Positions 18,125 through 26,979 of a stretch of 64,000 nt of DNA are shown piece by piece. The notes below the pieces were generated by a model. The model saw only the letters and a program-made list of their open reading frames with translations, was not told where the DNA came from and did no database searches. A program made the position numbers and the translations under genes. The DNA comes from Lentisphaerota bacterium (GTDB lineage Bacteria > Verrucomicrobiota > Kiritimatiellia > UBA8416 > VGWJ01), in the NCBI GenBank assembly GCA_016873635.1, contig VGWJ01000008.1:6078-70077 (forward strand), given 5' to 3'. Position 1 is the first letter of the stretch. Each line of letters begins with the position of its first letter.

Positions 18125-19225
18125 TTACCCGCGAACCAGCCGGACCGTGCGGCCCGGCAGCATCTTCACGACCCGCTTCATCTCCAGCCCCAGCAGCAGC
18201 ACGCCCATGGCCGAGGCCGTCAGCCCCGTGGCGCGGATCAGGGCGTCCACCTCGCTCTCGCCTCCGTCAAGGGCCTCCACCACGCGCTCTTCGTCGCCCG
18301 AGAGCGGGGGACGCGCGGCCCTGCCCTGCGCTTCGGCCTCCGGCTTCGGCGCGATCAGGAACTCGAACTCCTGCAGAACGTCCTCCACGCTGGTGACCAG
18401 CCGCGCGCCGCCCTGGATCAGACCGTGGCAGCCCCGCGAAGCCGCCGAGTCGATCCGCCCCGGCACGGCCATCACGCTGCGCCCCTGGTCCAGCGCCTGC
18501 GCCGCCGTGATCAGGGCCCCGCTGCCGGGCGCGGCCTCGACCACCACCACGCCCATGCTCAGTCCGCTCACGATGCGGTTGCGCATGGGGAAAGTCGTCT
18601 TGTCCGGCTGCCTTCCGAACGGGAACTCGGTAAGCACCGCCCCCTGCGCCGCGATCTCGTCGGCCAGGCCCGCGTTCGCGCGCGGATACATGCAGTCCAG
18701 CGCTCCGCCCAGCACGGCGATCGTGCGCCCCCTGGCCCGCAGCGCCGCGCGATGCGCCTCCGTGTCGATGCCCGCCGCCAGGCCGCTGACCACCGTAAAG
18801 CCGCATCTGGCCAGCCCGAACCCCAGCATGCCGGCGGTCTCCCGGCCGTAGTGCGTCGGCCGCCGCGTTCCGACCACGCCGATGGCGTGCCTGTCCCTGG
18901 CCTCCAGGCGGCCGCGCGCGTAGAAGGCCAGCGGCGGATCGTGAATCCCGCGCAGCGGCGCCGGGTACTCCTCGTCAACCTGCGTCACGATCCGCGCCCC
19001 GGCCGCCTCGGTCCGCTCCAGCTCCCCGGCCCAGTCCACGGCGTCCCGCTGCGCCAGGACGGCCGCCGTCAGGTCCCGCCCCGCGCCGCGCGCCCCGCCC
19101 AGCTCCGCCGGCGTCGCTTCAAAGATCGCCGCGGCGGATCCCAGCGCCTCCGCCAGGCAACGCACCCCCACGGGCCCCACGTCGCTCATCATGTTCAGCG
19201 CGATGTAGGCTTCCCGCTCGTTCAT
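18125..19225 (-). CDS. dprA: DNA processing protein DprA (Smf)
   Basis: Start MNEREAYIALNMM. Rossmann-like DprA core (IGVVGTRRPTHYGRE...SGLAAGIDTEAH). The longer ORF to 20086 is rejected as an extension. Confidence 0.85.
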   Translation of the reverse strand: MNEREAYIALNMMSDVGPVGVRCLAEALGSAAAIFEATPAELGGARGAGRDLTAAVLAQRDAVDWAGELERTEAAGARIVTQVDEEYPAPLRGIHDPPLAFYARGRLEARDRHAIGVVGTRRPTHYGRETAGMLGFGLARCGFTVVSGLAAGIDTEAHRAALRARGRTIAVLGGALDCMYPRANAGLADEIAAQGAVLTEFPFGRQPDKTTFPMRNRIVSGLSMGVVVVEAAPGSGALITAAQALDQGRSVMAVPGRIDSAASRGCHGLIQGGARLVTSVEDVLQEFEFLIAPKPEAEAQGRAARPPLSGDEERVVEALDGGESEVDALIRATGLTASAMGVLLLGLEMKRVVKMLPGRTVRLVRG

Positions 19226-19444
19226 CCGGACTCCCAAATGAGGCGAGGTAAATAGCACGCTTCCGCCGCGCGACGCAAGCGCTCGTTCGCCGGGAACCGG
19301 CATTCCATGCCGCGTCGCCGCTGACAACTGATCAGTCGCGCCGGATCCGTGTCGCTTGTCGGCCTCGGCGCGCCCCTTCACCTTCCACCCGCCACCCTCC
19401 ACCCTGCACCCGGCACGCTTTCTTGCGTCTATTCCGGCGGCGGC

Positions 19445-19473
19445 GTTGACTTCTCCCGCGCGCGACGCCATAC
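19445..19473 (+). promoter_or_regulatory. putative sigma70-type promoter (TTGACT -17 bp- CATACT) ending 8 nt before the ATG, so a possibly leaderless mRNA
   Basis: ttgacttctcccgcgcgcgacgccatact read directly upstream of ATG 19481. Confidence 0.35.
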
Positions 19474-19480
19474 TGGCCGC

Positions 19481-20116
19481 ATGTCGATGTTCGGCGTCGA
19501 AAGATTCGACCGGCCGCGCCGCGCGCCGCGGCTGCTCGTCATCCTGCTCGCGCTCACGTCCCTCCCCGTCGCCGGACTGTGCCTGCTGCTCGGCGGACGC
19601 CCGCAGCCGGCCGAACCGCCCGCCGAAGGACCCCCGTCGCTGGCGGAACCGCTGCGGCCGGAGCCGGCCTCCTTCAAGCCGAACTCGTCCGTTCCGCGCC
19701 GCCCGGAGGGCGCAACCTGCGGATCGATCGACCCGGACTCGTTCTCCGCCGGACGCGACCTGGTCTATGTGGACGACCCGCGCGCGTGGTGGGAAAGCGA
19801 CAGCGACGTCGGCGACGACGAATGCGATCACAGCGTGCACCGGGCCGCGAAACGCCCGCTGCTCAGGCTGATCGAACTGGTCAGCCGCGAAGGCGCAACC
19901 CTGAAGGTCCAGGACGCCTACCGGCCCTCGGGCATCCACAACTCCGGATCGCTCCACAAGGAAGGCCGCGCCGTGGACGTGACGTGCGACGACATGCCCC
20001 TTGAGAAGCTGGCCAAGCTGTGCTGGGCGGCGGGATTCGACTGGGTCCTCTACGAGTCGGATCCCCGCAAGGGACCGCACGTCCACTGCTCCGTGAAGCG
20101 CGACCGCGCGGAGTGA
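19481..20116 (+). CDS. bacterial Hedgehog N-terminal ('Hedge') domain homologue: signal-anchor + Pro-rich stalk + LAS-type zinc-peptidase-like Hh-N domain
   Basis: C-terminal 110 aa align to vertebrate Shh-N: window SLHKEGRAVDVTCDD...LAKLCWAAGFDWVLYESD...HVHCSVKRD against Shh SLHYEGRAVDITTSD...LARLAVEAGFDWVYYESK..HIHCSVKAE. The zinc ligands (H, D, H) and the catalytic-type Glu are conserved. Upstream CDHSVHRAAKRPLLRLIELV matches RCKDKLNALAISV. N-terminus MSMFGVERFDRPRRAPRLLVILLALTSLPVAGLCLLL is a TM/signal segment. Confidence 0.8.
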   Translation: MSMFGVERFDRPRRAPRLLVILLALTSLPVAGLCLLLGGRPQPAEPPAEGPPSLAEPLRPEPASFKPNSSVPRRPEGATCGSIDPDSFSAGRDLVYVDDPRAWWESDSDVGDDECDHSVHRAAKRPLLRLIELVSREGATLKVQDAYRPSGIHNSGSLHKEGRAVDVTCDDMPLEKLAKLCWAAGFDWVLYESDPRKGPHVHCSVKRDRAE

Positions 20117-20246
20117 CTCAGCGCTTCACGGGGTCGAAACGCGCCTTCATGACCCTGCCGAAGACGCCTTCCGAATGCTCGATCCACACGACCGCCGCGT
20201 ACTCGCCTGCTTTCGCCACTTCACCGAAGTGGCCGCCGCGGCCGCC

Positions 20247-20864
20247 TCAGGAAGGACACATCTTGTCGAGGTTCTCCGTGGCCTTGAAGACGAGATTGCC
20301 TTCGCTGTCCTGAACATAAAGACGGCACCGCCCCGGCAGAAGACGCCGCACCTCGCGCCCCCCGCTCTCCCTGGTCTCGTACAGCGCGACCGTAATGCGG
20401 ACCGGCACCTTGCCGCTCTTGCTGAAGCGCGACGCCTCCTCCTTGGCGCGCACGTCGTCGAGCGTGAAGGTGGCCTCGATATTCATGCCGCGGCCGCGTT
20501 CGTCCCTCCATTCGGTCTTCAGCGCGGCAATCTCTTCCTCGGTGAGCGTGTCGCCCGCCGCGCGCGATGCCGGCGCCGCCTTGACGGCCATCGAGGACTT
20601 GACCGCCGGCGCATCCGCGGGCGCCACGCCCGCAAGCTCCCGCGCCACGGCCTGGTCCGCCTGGCAGAGCCGGCTGAGAGGAATTCCCACCGTTTCGCCG
20701 CCCGCGCGTTGCAGGTGCACCATGCCGGCTTCCATCTTCACAAAGGAAGCCTCAACGGTCTGCCCGCTCACGCTCGTCCACGTGCGCACGCCGGCATCGG
20801 CGGCGCACACGGCCCGCGCCGCGGCCAGCAGCGCGACACATACCACAGCCAACGCACTTTTCAT
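20247..20864 (-). CDS. secreted SHD1 (SLA1-homology domain 1)-containing protein
   Basis: Signal peptide MKSALAVVCVALLAAARAVCA. RTWTSVSGQTVEASFVKMEAGMVHLQRAGGETVGIPLSRLCQADQ matches the bacterial SHD1 pattern. GGAGGG RBS. Confidence 0.65.
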   Translation of the reverse strand: MKSALAVVCVALLAAARAVCAADAGVRTWTSVSGQTVEASFVKMEAGMVHLQRAGGETVGIPLSRLCQADQAVARELAGVAPADAPAVKSSMAVKAAPASRAAGDTLTEEEIAALKTEWRDERGRGMNIEATFTLDDVRAKEEASRFSKSGKVPVRITVALYETRESGGREVRRLLPGRCRLYVQDSEGNLVFKATENLDKMCPS

Positions 20865-21229
20865 GGACAGGCCCTCCAAGAACCCCAACGCTCTGAACCT
20901 CCCCAATAATACCCCCAGCCGCATTGCGACCGCAAGCAGCTTCAGGAGAGTCTGGGATTCGCCTTTACTCCGCAAGAAGTGATGTCTAGCATTACAGAGG
21001 AGCATGCGCGAAGGGAGGTGATCCGGTGAGGTCGCGGTTTCACTGGCGCAGATGAGCCGCCACGGCGTCGCGCCGCGCAGGTTGCGCGGCACCTGACAGT
21101 TTCGTGGCGGCCGCGGGCGCGCCTTGCCGGGTCGGGGAGCGCGCGATTGCTTTCCCCTCCTGAGCGGCGCCGGTCCCGCGTCTCGCGTCGGGCTCCGGCA
21201 GGCGGACAGTTTTCCCCGCTTTCCCCGGA

Positions 21230-22450
21230 ATGCGGCTCCGCATCATGAACAGGACGTGCGACAAATCCGCTCCGCTCCAGGCTCCCTGCCGCGGCGGCGC
21301 GCCGGCCGGCGGGGACGCCGGCGCGGAAACCGGCCACATCGCGTGGTTCCGCGACATGGTGCAGCACTGCTACGACTACGCCGCCGCGGAGCACGCCCGG
21401 GGCACGAAGATCGTCGGGATCATGTGCGAATACACGCCCCGCGAGATCATCATGGCCGCGGGCGCCATCCCCGTGTGCCTGTGCGGCGGGTCCGAGAAAA
21501 TGGTGGCGCCGGCCGAACAGCACCTGCCCGCCAACCTCTGCCCGCTGATCAAATCGACCTTCGGCTACAGCGTGCGGAAGGCCAACCCCTTCCTGGAGAT
21601 GAGCGATTTCCTGGTGGCCGAGACCACCTGCGACGGCAAGAAGAAGATGTACGAGATGCTGGCCGAGAGCCACCCCATGCACGTGCTCGAGCTTCCGCAG
21701 AAACCCGACGATCCCGATGCCCTGTCGCACTGGGTGCGCGAAGTCCACAAGCTGAAGACGGCCGTCGCAACCCGCACGGGCGCGGCCGTCACCGACGACG
21801 CGCTGCGCCGCGCCATAGCGCTCATGAACCGCGAGCGACAACTGAAGCGCGACCTCGCGGCGCTGATGAAAGCCGACGACCCGCCCCTGACCGGCCGCGA
21901 GCTGCTGGACATGAAAAGCCTGATCGCCTGCCTCCCCGACGATATGCGGCAGCTCGAGCGCGCCGTCGCGGAACTTCCCGGACGCGTCGTCCCCTCCCGG
22001 AACCGGCGCGCGCGCGTGATGCTCACCGGCGTGCCCATCCCCCACGGCGCCGAACGCGTAATGGACATAATCGAGAACGCCGGCGGGCTGGTCGTGTGCC
22101 AGGAGAACTGCACGGGGCTGAAGCCGGTTCTCGACGACGTGGACGAAAACCATCCCGATCCGCTGCGCGCGATCGCCGAGAAGTACTTCCACCTGCCGTG
22201 TTCCGTCATGACGCCCAACGACCGGCGCCTGGACGTTCTGCGCCGCCTGGCGGCGGAATACCGGCCGGACTGCGTGGTCGAGCTGGTGTGGCAGGCCTGC
22301 CTGACCTATGACGTGGAATCCGCGCGCGTCCGGCGCCTCGCGGAGAATGAGCTCCGTCTGCCCTATCTGAAGATCGAGACGGACTACTCGCCGTCGGACA
22401 CCGCGCGCATAGCCACGCGGGTGCAGGCCATGTTCGAAACGCTGGGGTGA
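21230..22450 (+). CDS. 2-hydroxyacyl-CoA dehydratase family protein (HgdB/BcrB/BadD-like component)
   Basis: Family-typical Cys placement (CLCGG, TTCDGKKK). Similarity runs throughout to the dehydratase/benzoyl-CoA reductase subunit family. True start may be the internal Met at ~21356. Confidence 0.7.
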   Translation: MRLRIMNRTCDKSAPLQAPCRGGAPAGGDAGAETGHIAWFRDMVQHCYDYAAAEHARGTKIVGIMCEYTPREIIMAAGAIPVCLCGGSEKMVAPAEQHLPANLCPLIKSTFGYSVRKANPFLEMSDFLVAETTCDGKKKMYEMLAESHPMHVLELPQKPDDPDALSHWVREVHKLKTAVATRTGAAVTDDALRRAIALMNRERQLKRDLAALMKADDPPLTGRELLDMKSLIACLPDDMRQLERAVAELPGRVVPSRNRRARVMLTGVPIPHGAERVMDIIENAGGLVVCQENCTGLKPVLDDVDENHPDPLRAIAEKYFHLPCSVMTPNDRRLDVLRRLAAEYRPDCVVELVWQACLTYDVESARVRRLAENELRLPYLKIETDYSPSDTARIATRVQAMFETLG

Positions 22451-22454
22451 ACGG

Positions 22455-23231
22455 ATGCTGGCCGCGGGAATAGACGCCGGATCGCGCGCCGTGAAAGCGG
22501 CGATCGTCGAGGCCGCGACGCTGAAGCTGCTCGCGACCGCTATCGCCGACCAGGGCGTCGATCAGGAAGCCATCGCCGGGGCCGTTTTTGACGAAGCGCT
22601 GGACGGGGCCGGGGCTTCGCGCCGCGACGTTGTCCGCGCGGTGGCCACCGGCTACGGGCGGGACGCGGTGGGCGTGGCGGCAGTCACCGTCACCGAGATC
22701 ACCTGCCATGCCCGGGGTGTTTTTCACGCGGCGCCGGGGGCGCGGACGGTGATTGACATAGGCGGCCAGGACAGCAAACTGATGCGACTGAACGGAGACG
22801 GCCGGGTGCGCGATTTCAGCATGAACGATCGCTGCGCCGCCGGAACGGGGCGCTTCCTTGAAGTCGTGGCGGCCCGCCTCGGGGTGGGGCTGCACGAGCT
22901 CGGAGGGCTGGCCGCCCGTTCGGCGAATCCGGCGGCCATCAGCAGCATGTGCGTGGTCTTCGCCGAAACCGAAATCATAGGCCTGCTCGCGGGCGGAGCG
23001 CCGCGGGAGGATATTGCCGCCGGCGTGCAGTCGGCCATCGCCACGCGCGTGGCCTCGATGGCCGGCCGCCGGATCGAGGAGCCCGTCGTCTTCACGGGCG
23101 GCGTGGCGCTGGTGCCGGGCATGCGCGAGGCCCTGGGCGTCGCGCTGGGACGGGAGGTTTCCGTCGCCGGCAGACCCCAGTTTACGGGCGCGCTGGGCGC
23201 GGCCCTTTTGGCGGCCGGAGGATGTGTGTGA
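22455..23231 (+). CDS. CoA-substrate-specific enzyme activase (BadF/BadG/BcrA/BcrD/HgdC ATPase family)
   Basis: GIDAGSRAVKAAIV actin-like ATPase N-terminus. MNDRCAAGTG cluster-bridging Cys motif. Starts 5 nt after the upstream stop. Confidence 0.8.
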   Translation: MLAAGIDAGSRAVKAAIVEAATLKLLATAIADQGVDQEAIAGAVFDEALDGAGASRRDVVRAVATGYGRDAVGVAAVTVTEITCHARGVFHAAPGARTVIDIGGQDSKLMRLNGDGRVRDFSMNDRCAAGTGRFLEVVAARLGVGLHELGGLAARSANPAAISSMCVVFAETEIIGLLAGGAPREDIAAGVQSAIATRVASMAGRRIEEPVVFTGGVALVPGMREALGVALGREVSVAGRPQFTGALGAALLAAGGCV

Positions 23232-23300
23232 GTGCGCGGGTGTGTGGGTGAACGATCTCCAACTCACGCACTCACGCACCCGCACACTCACGCACAAGAA
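23225..23300. terminator. long imperfect GT-rich/CA-rich inverted repeat (bidirectional terminator-like hairpin)
   Basis: gtgtgtgagtgcgcgggtgtgtgggtg ... cacgcactcacgcacccgcacactcacgcac read directly between the activase stop and the tRNA-Sec 3' end. Confidence 0.45.
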
Positions 23301-23306
23301 AGAACA

Positions 23307-23403
23307 TGGCGGGAGTGAGTGGGAATCGAACCCAACCGGGGCCGGTCAAAGCCCCACACTGGATTTGAAGTCCAGGAGGCCCACCAGGTACCTGTTCACT
23401 CCC
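23307..23403 (-). tRNA. selC: tRNA-Sec (selC), anticodon UCA
   Basis: Reverse complement GGGAGTGA...CTGGA-CTTCAAA-TCCAG...GGGGC-tttgacc-GGCCCC...TTCGATT...TCACTCCC-G-CCA. It has an 8-bp acceptor stem, discriminator G and an encoded CCA. The 5-bp anticodon stem carries a 7-nt loop with U33 and UCA. The variable arm is long. 97 nt. Adjacent to selA. Confidence 0.85.
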
Positions 23404-23458
23404 GTCGGAAAAGAGAGTAGCATTCCGGCAATGCGCAGGCAACACCGGGAAATACGCC

Positions 23459-24853
23459 GTGAGCAATGACAAGAACAGACTGCTGCGCCGCCTGCCCGGC
23501 GTGGACGCCATGCTGGAACGCGCCGCCGCCGCGCCGCTCGCCGGGCGCTTCGGAAGGCGGCCGCTGACGGACGCGCTGCGCGAAGCGCTGGACGCGCTGC
23601 GCGCGAGGATTATGGCCGGCGCCGGGCCCGCCGACGCGGAGTTTGAACCCGATGCCGTGATCGAGGCGGCCGCGCGCCGGCTGGCGGAAGCCGAGCAGCC
23701 CCGCCTGCGCCGGGCCGTCAATGCCACGGGCATCCTGCTGCACACCGGCCTGGGACGCGCGCCCATGCCGCCCGCCGCCCGCGAGGCGCTCGCCCGCGTC
23801 GCCGGGCCCTGCAACGTGCAGCTCGCGCTGGATACGGGCGCGCGCATCCGGCGGGAAGAGACTATCCGCGACGTCGTGCGCGAGGTGACCGGCGCGGAGG
23901 ACTGCCTGCTGGTCAACAACAACGCCGGGGCCACCCTGCTGGCGCTCGCCGCCCTGTGCCGCGGACGGGAGGCGGTCGTGTCGCGCGGCGAACTCATCGA
24001 AATCGGCGGCTCGTTCCGCCTGCCCGACGTCATGGAGCAGAGCGGCGCGATCATGCGCGAGGTGGGCACCACCAACAAGACCCACGTCCGCGACTACGAG
24101 GCCGCGGTCGGCCCGAACACGGGCCTGCTGATGAAGGTGCACCGCAGCAATTTCAGCATCGTGGGCTTCGCCAAGGAGCTCGGCATCGCCGAGATCGCGG
24201 CCGTCGGCAAACGCCACGGCGTGCTCGTGGCCGATGACCTCGGCTGCGGCGCCCTGATCGGCCTGGAGCGCTACGGGCTGCCGCACGAGACCACCATGCG
24301 CGAAAGCCTGGAAGCCGGCGCCGACATCGTGCTAGCCAGCACCGACAAGCTCATCGGCGGCCCGCAGGGCGGCCTCATCGCGGGCCGCGCCGAGGTCATC
24401 GCCCGCGTGCGCTCGCACCCCCTCTACCGCGCGCTGCGCGTGTGCAAGCTCACGCTCGGCGCCGTGGAAGCCACCATGCGCCTGTTCAGGGCGCCGGACC
24501 TGCTCCCGGCGCGCCATCCCCTGTACGCCATGATCGCGCGCACGGCGGATGAGGTGGCGCGCCAGGCCGGCGAGGTCGCCGCCGCCGTTCGCGCCAGGCG
24601 CCCGGGATGGAGCGTGCAGGCCCGCGCGGACGAGGCGCGCCTGGGCGGCGGCTCGCTGCCGGACTCGACGCTGCCTTCCAGCGTGGTGGCGATAACCGCG
24701 CCGGACCGCCCGGCGGAGAACCTTGCCGCCGCGTTTCGCGCCGCCGCCGTGCCCGTGGTGCCCCGCGTTCATGAGGACGCGGTGCTGGCGGATATGCGCA
24801 CCGTGCTGCCGGAGGAGGTGGCGGACGTGCTGGCGGCCGTGGACGGCATCTGA
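23459..24853 (+). CDS. selA: L-seryl-tRNA(Sec) selenium transferase
   Basis: N-terminus LLRRLPGVDAML (SelA LPSVDxLL). PLP-Lys region STDKLIGGPQGG (E. coli GDKLLGGPQAG). Confidence 0.9.
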   Translation: MSNDKNRLLRRLPGVDAMLERAAAAPLAGRFGRRPLTDALREALDALRARIMAGAGPADAEFEPDAVIEAAARRLAEAEQPRLRRAVNATGILLHTGLGRAPMPPAAREALARVAGPCNVQLALDTGARIRREETIRDVVREVTGAEDCLLVNNNAGATLLALAALCRGREAVVSRGELIEIGGSFRLPDVMEQSGAIMREVGTTNKTHVRDYEAAVGPNTGLLMKVHRSNFSIVGFAKELGIAEIAAVGKRHGVLVADDLGCGALIGLERYGLPHETTMRESLEAGADIVLASTDKLIGGPQGGLIAGRAEVIARVRSHPLYRALRVCKLTLGAVEATMRLFRAPDLLPARHPLYAMIARTADEVARQAGEVAAAVRARRPGWSVQARADEARLGGGSLPDSTLPSSVVAITAPDRPAENLAAAFRAAAVPVVPRVHEDAVLADMRTVLPEEVADVLAAVDGI

Positions 24854-24946
24854 GCGGGCGCCGCGCCGGAACGCCGAAGGCAAACGCGCCACGGCCCGGC
24901 GGACGGGCGTGCGCCGCCGGTCGCGGGCGGCGCCGGAGAGACAGGA

Positions 24947-26923
24947 ATGCGGAGTTGCCCGACAACCGCCAAAGGCGCGGCGCAGGCCGCCGGCCAGGTC
25001 ATCAGCCTCACCGTCGGCACGGCCGGCCACATCGATCACGGCAAGACGCAGCTCGTGCGGATGCTTACCGGCTGCGACACGGACCGGCTGCCCGAGGAAA
25101 AGGCGCGCGGCATGACCATCGACCTCGGTTTCGCCGCCTGCGTGCTTCCCAGCAACCGTCGCGTCGGCATCGTGGACGTGCCGGGCCACGAGCGCTTCAT
25201 CCACAACATGGTCGCCGGCGCCGCCGGAATGGACGCGGTGCTGCTGGTCGTGGCCGCCGACGACGGCGTCATGCCCCAGACCGTCGAGCACCTCCAGATC
25301 ATCAACCTGCTCGGCGTGACCGCCGGCATGACCGCCATCACCAAGATCGATCTCGTTCCGCCGGAGCGCGTGGCTGAAGTCGCCGACCAGGTGCGCGCGC
25401 TCGCCGCCGGAAGCTTTCTCGCGCAGGCGCCCATCGTGCCCGTATCGTCCAAGACGGGCGCGGGATACGACGCCTTCTACGAGGCCTTCACCGCCTTGGT
25501 CGACCGCACGGCCGAGCGCGACGCCGGCGGCCCCTTCCGCCTGAACGTGGAGCGCTCCTTCGTGCTGGAGGGCATCGGGACGGTCGTCTCCGGCATTCCC
25601 CGCTCCGGGACCGTGCGCACGGGCGACGAGCTGGAGCTTCTGCCCGCGGGCGCGCTGAAACGCGTGCGCGGCATCCAGGTCTACGGACAAAGCGCCGGGC
25701 AGGGCCGCGCCGGCGAATGCGTCGCGCTGCGTCTCGCGGACATGCGCCGCGACGAGGCCGGGCGCGGCGCCGTTCTCGCCGCGCCGGGGCATTTCCGTCC
25801 GTCGCGCTTCCTCAGCGCCCGCTTCCGGCTTCTGTCTTCCGTGGGCGATCCGATCCGGCCGCGCACCGCGGTCCGCCTGCACCTGGGCACGTCCGACGTG
25901 CCCGGGCACCTCGTCCTGCCCGAGCTGACGTCCCTGCCGCCGGGCGGCGAGAGCTACGTCCAGATCCAGCTGCAGGCCCCCGTGGTGGCGGCGCTGGGCG
26001 ACCCGTTCGTGGTGCGAATGCTCAGCCCGGTCCGGACGATCGGCGGCGGATACGTGGTCGCCGCCGACGCCGAGAAGATGCGGCGCGCGCGCGGCGACTG
26101 GGCGCAGGAGCGCGCCGAGCGCGACGCGGCGTTCCGCGACCCGGCGACGGCGCTGGCCTACGTGCTCGAACACGCCGGATGCGCACCCCTGCGCGTCGCG
26201 GAGCTGTCGCGCCGGGCCGTGCTGACCGAAGACGCCGCGGCCGCCCGCCTGCGCGAGCTGGTCGAGGCGGGAAAGGCGGCGGCGCTTCCCGGCGAACGCT
26301 TCGTCGCGGCGGAAGCCCTGACGGCCGCTTCCAAGGCGATCGCCGACCGCCTGTCCGCGCTGCACGACGCTTCGCCCCTCGCCGTCGGCTTCGCGAAGAA
26401 GGCCGTCGTCGCGGACGTGGAAATGGATCGCGCCTTGCTTGACCGCGCCATCGAGGGGCTCGCGCGCGACGGCCGCGTGCAGGTCACCGACGCCGGGCTG
26501 CGCCTGGCCGAGCGCGCCGCGAAGCTGAACCCCGCCCAGGCCGCGCTGGCGGCGCGCATCGTGGCCAGGCTGGCGGAGACGGGTTTCCATACGCCGCGGT
26601 CCGACGAGCTTCCGGGCGTCGTGGGCGCGCCCGCCTCGCTGGTGACGCCCGTCCTGGAGCACCTCGTGCAGTCCGGAACGGTCGTGCGCGTCGACGAACG
26701 CATTCTTCTGCACCGCGACGCCGCGGACGATGCCGGAAAGCGCATCGCCCGCCACATACGCGCCCACGGCGCGATCGACGCGGGCGGATGCAAGGAACTG
26801 CTGGACACGACGCGGAAGTACGCGATACCCATACTTGAGTATTTCGACGCCCGCGGCCTCACCCGCCGCGTCGGCGACAAGAGAGTGCTGCGAGAAGAGC
26901 CGAAGCAGACTGATAGCGTTTAG
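24947..26923 (+). CDS. selB: selenocysteine-specific translation elongation factor
   Basis: G-domain GTAGHIDHGKT, DVPGHERF, TKIDL. C-terminal winged-helix domains. 658 aa. Start codon uncertain. Confidence 0.9.
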   Translation: MRSCPTTAKGAAQAAGQVISLTVGTAGHIDHGKTQLVRMLTGCDTDRLPEEKARGMTIDLGFAACVLPSNRRVGIVDVPGHERFIHNMVAGAAGMDAVLLVVAADDGVMPQTVEHLQIINLLGVTAGMTAITKIDLVPPERVAEVADQVRALAAGSFLAQAPIVPVSSKTGAGYDAFYEAFTALVDRTAERDAGGPFRLNVERSFVLEGIGTVVSGIPRSGTVRTGDELELLPAGALKRVRGIQVYGQSAGQGRAGECVALRLADMRRDEAGRGAVLAAPGHFRPSRFLSARFRLLSSVGDPIRPRTAVRLHLGTSDVPGHLVLPELTSLPPGGESYVQIQLQAPVVAALGDPFVVRMLSPVRTIGGGYVVAADAEKMRRARGDWAQERAERDAAFRDPATALAYVLEHAGCAPLRVAELSRRAVLTEDAAAARLRELVEAGKAAALPGERFVAAEALTAASKAIADRLSALHDASPLAVGFAKKAVVADVEMDRALLDRAIEGLARDGRVQVTDAGLRLAERAAKLNPAQAALAARIVARLAETGFHTPRSDELPGVVGAPASLVTPVLEHLVQSGTVVRVDERILLHRDAADDAGKRIARHIRAHGAIDAGGCKELLDTTRKYAIPILEYFDARGLTRRVGDKRVLREEPKQTDSV

Positions 26924-26979
26924 CTTTTGCCCGGAAAATGTTCCACCTGACACCCGACACCTGAAACCTGAAACCCGAC

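Noticed and set aside
18125-20086. 653-aa extended DprA ORF
   Set aside because: DprA homology begins at MNEREAYIALN (19225). The upstream 290 codons are Arg/Gly-rich filler overlapping the Hedgehog-like gene on the other strand.
23014-23469. 151-aa plus-strand ORF between the activase gene and selA
   Set aside because: It is fully explained by tRNA-Sec on the opposite strand and the terminator hairpin. The translation is low-complexity.
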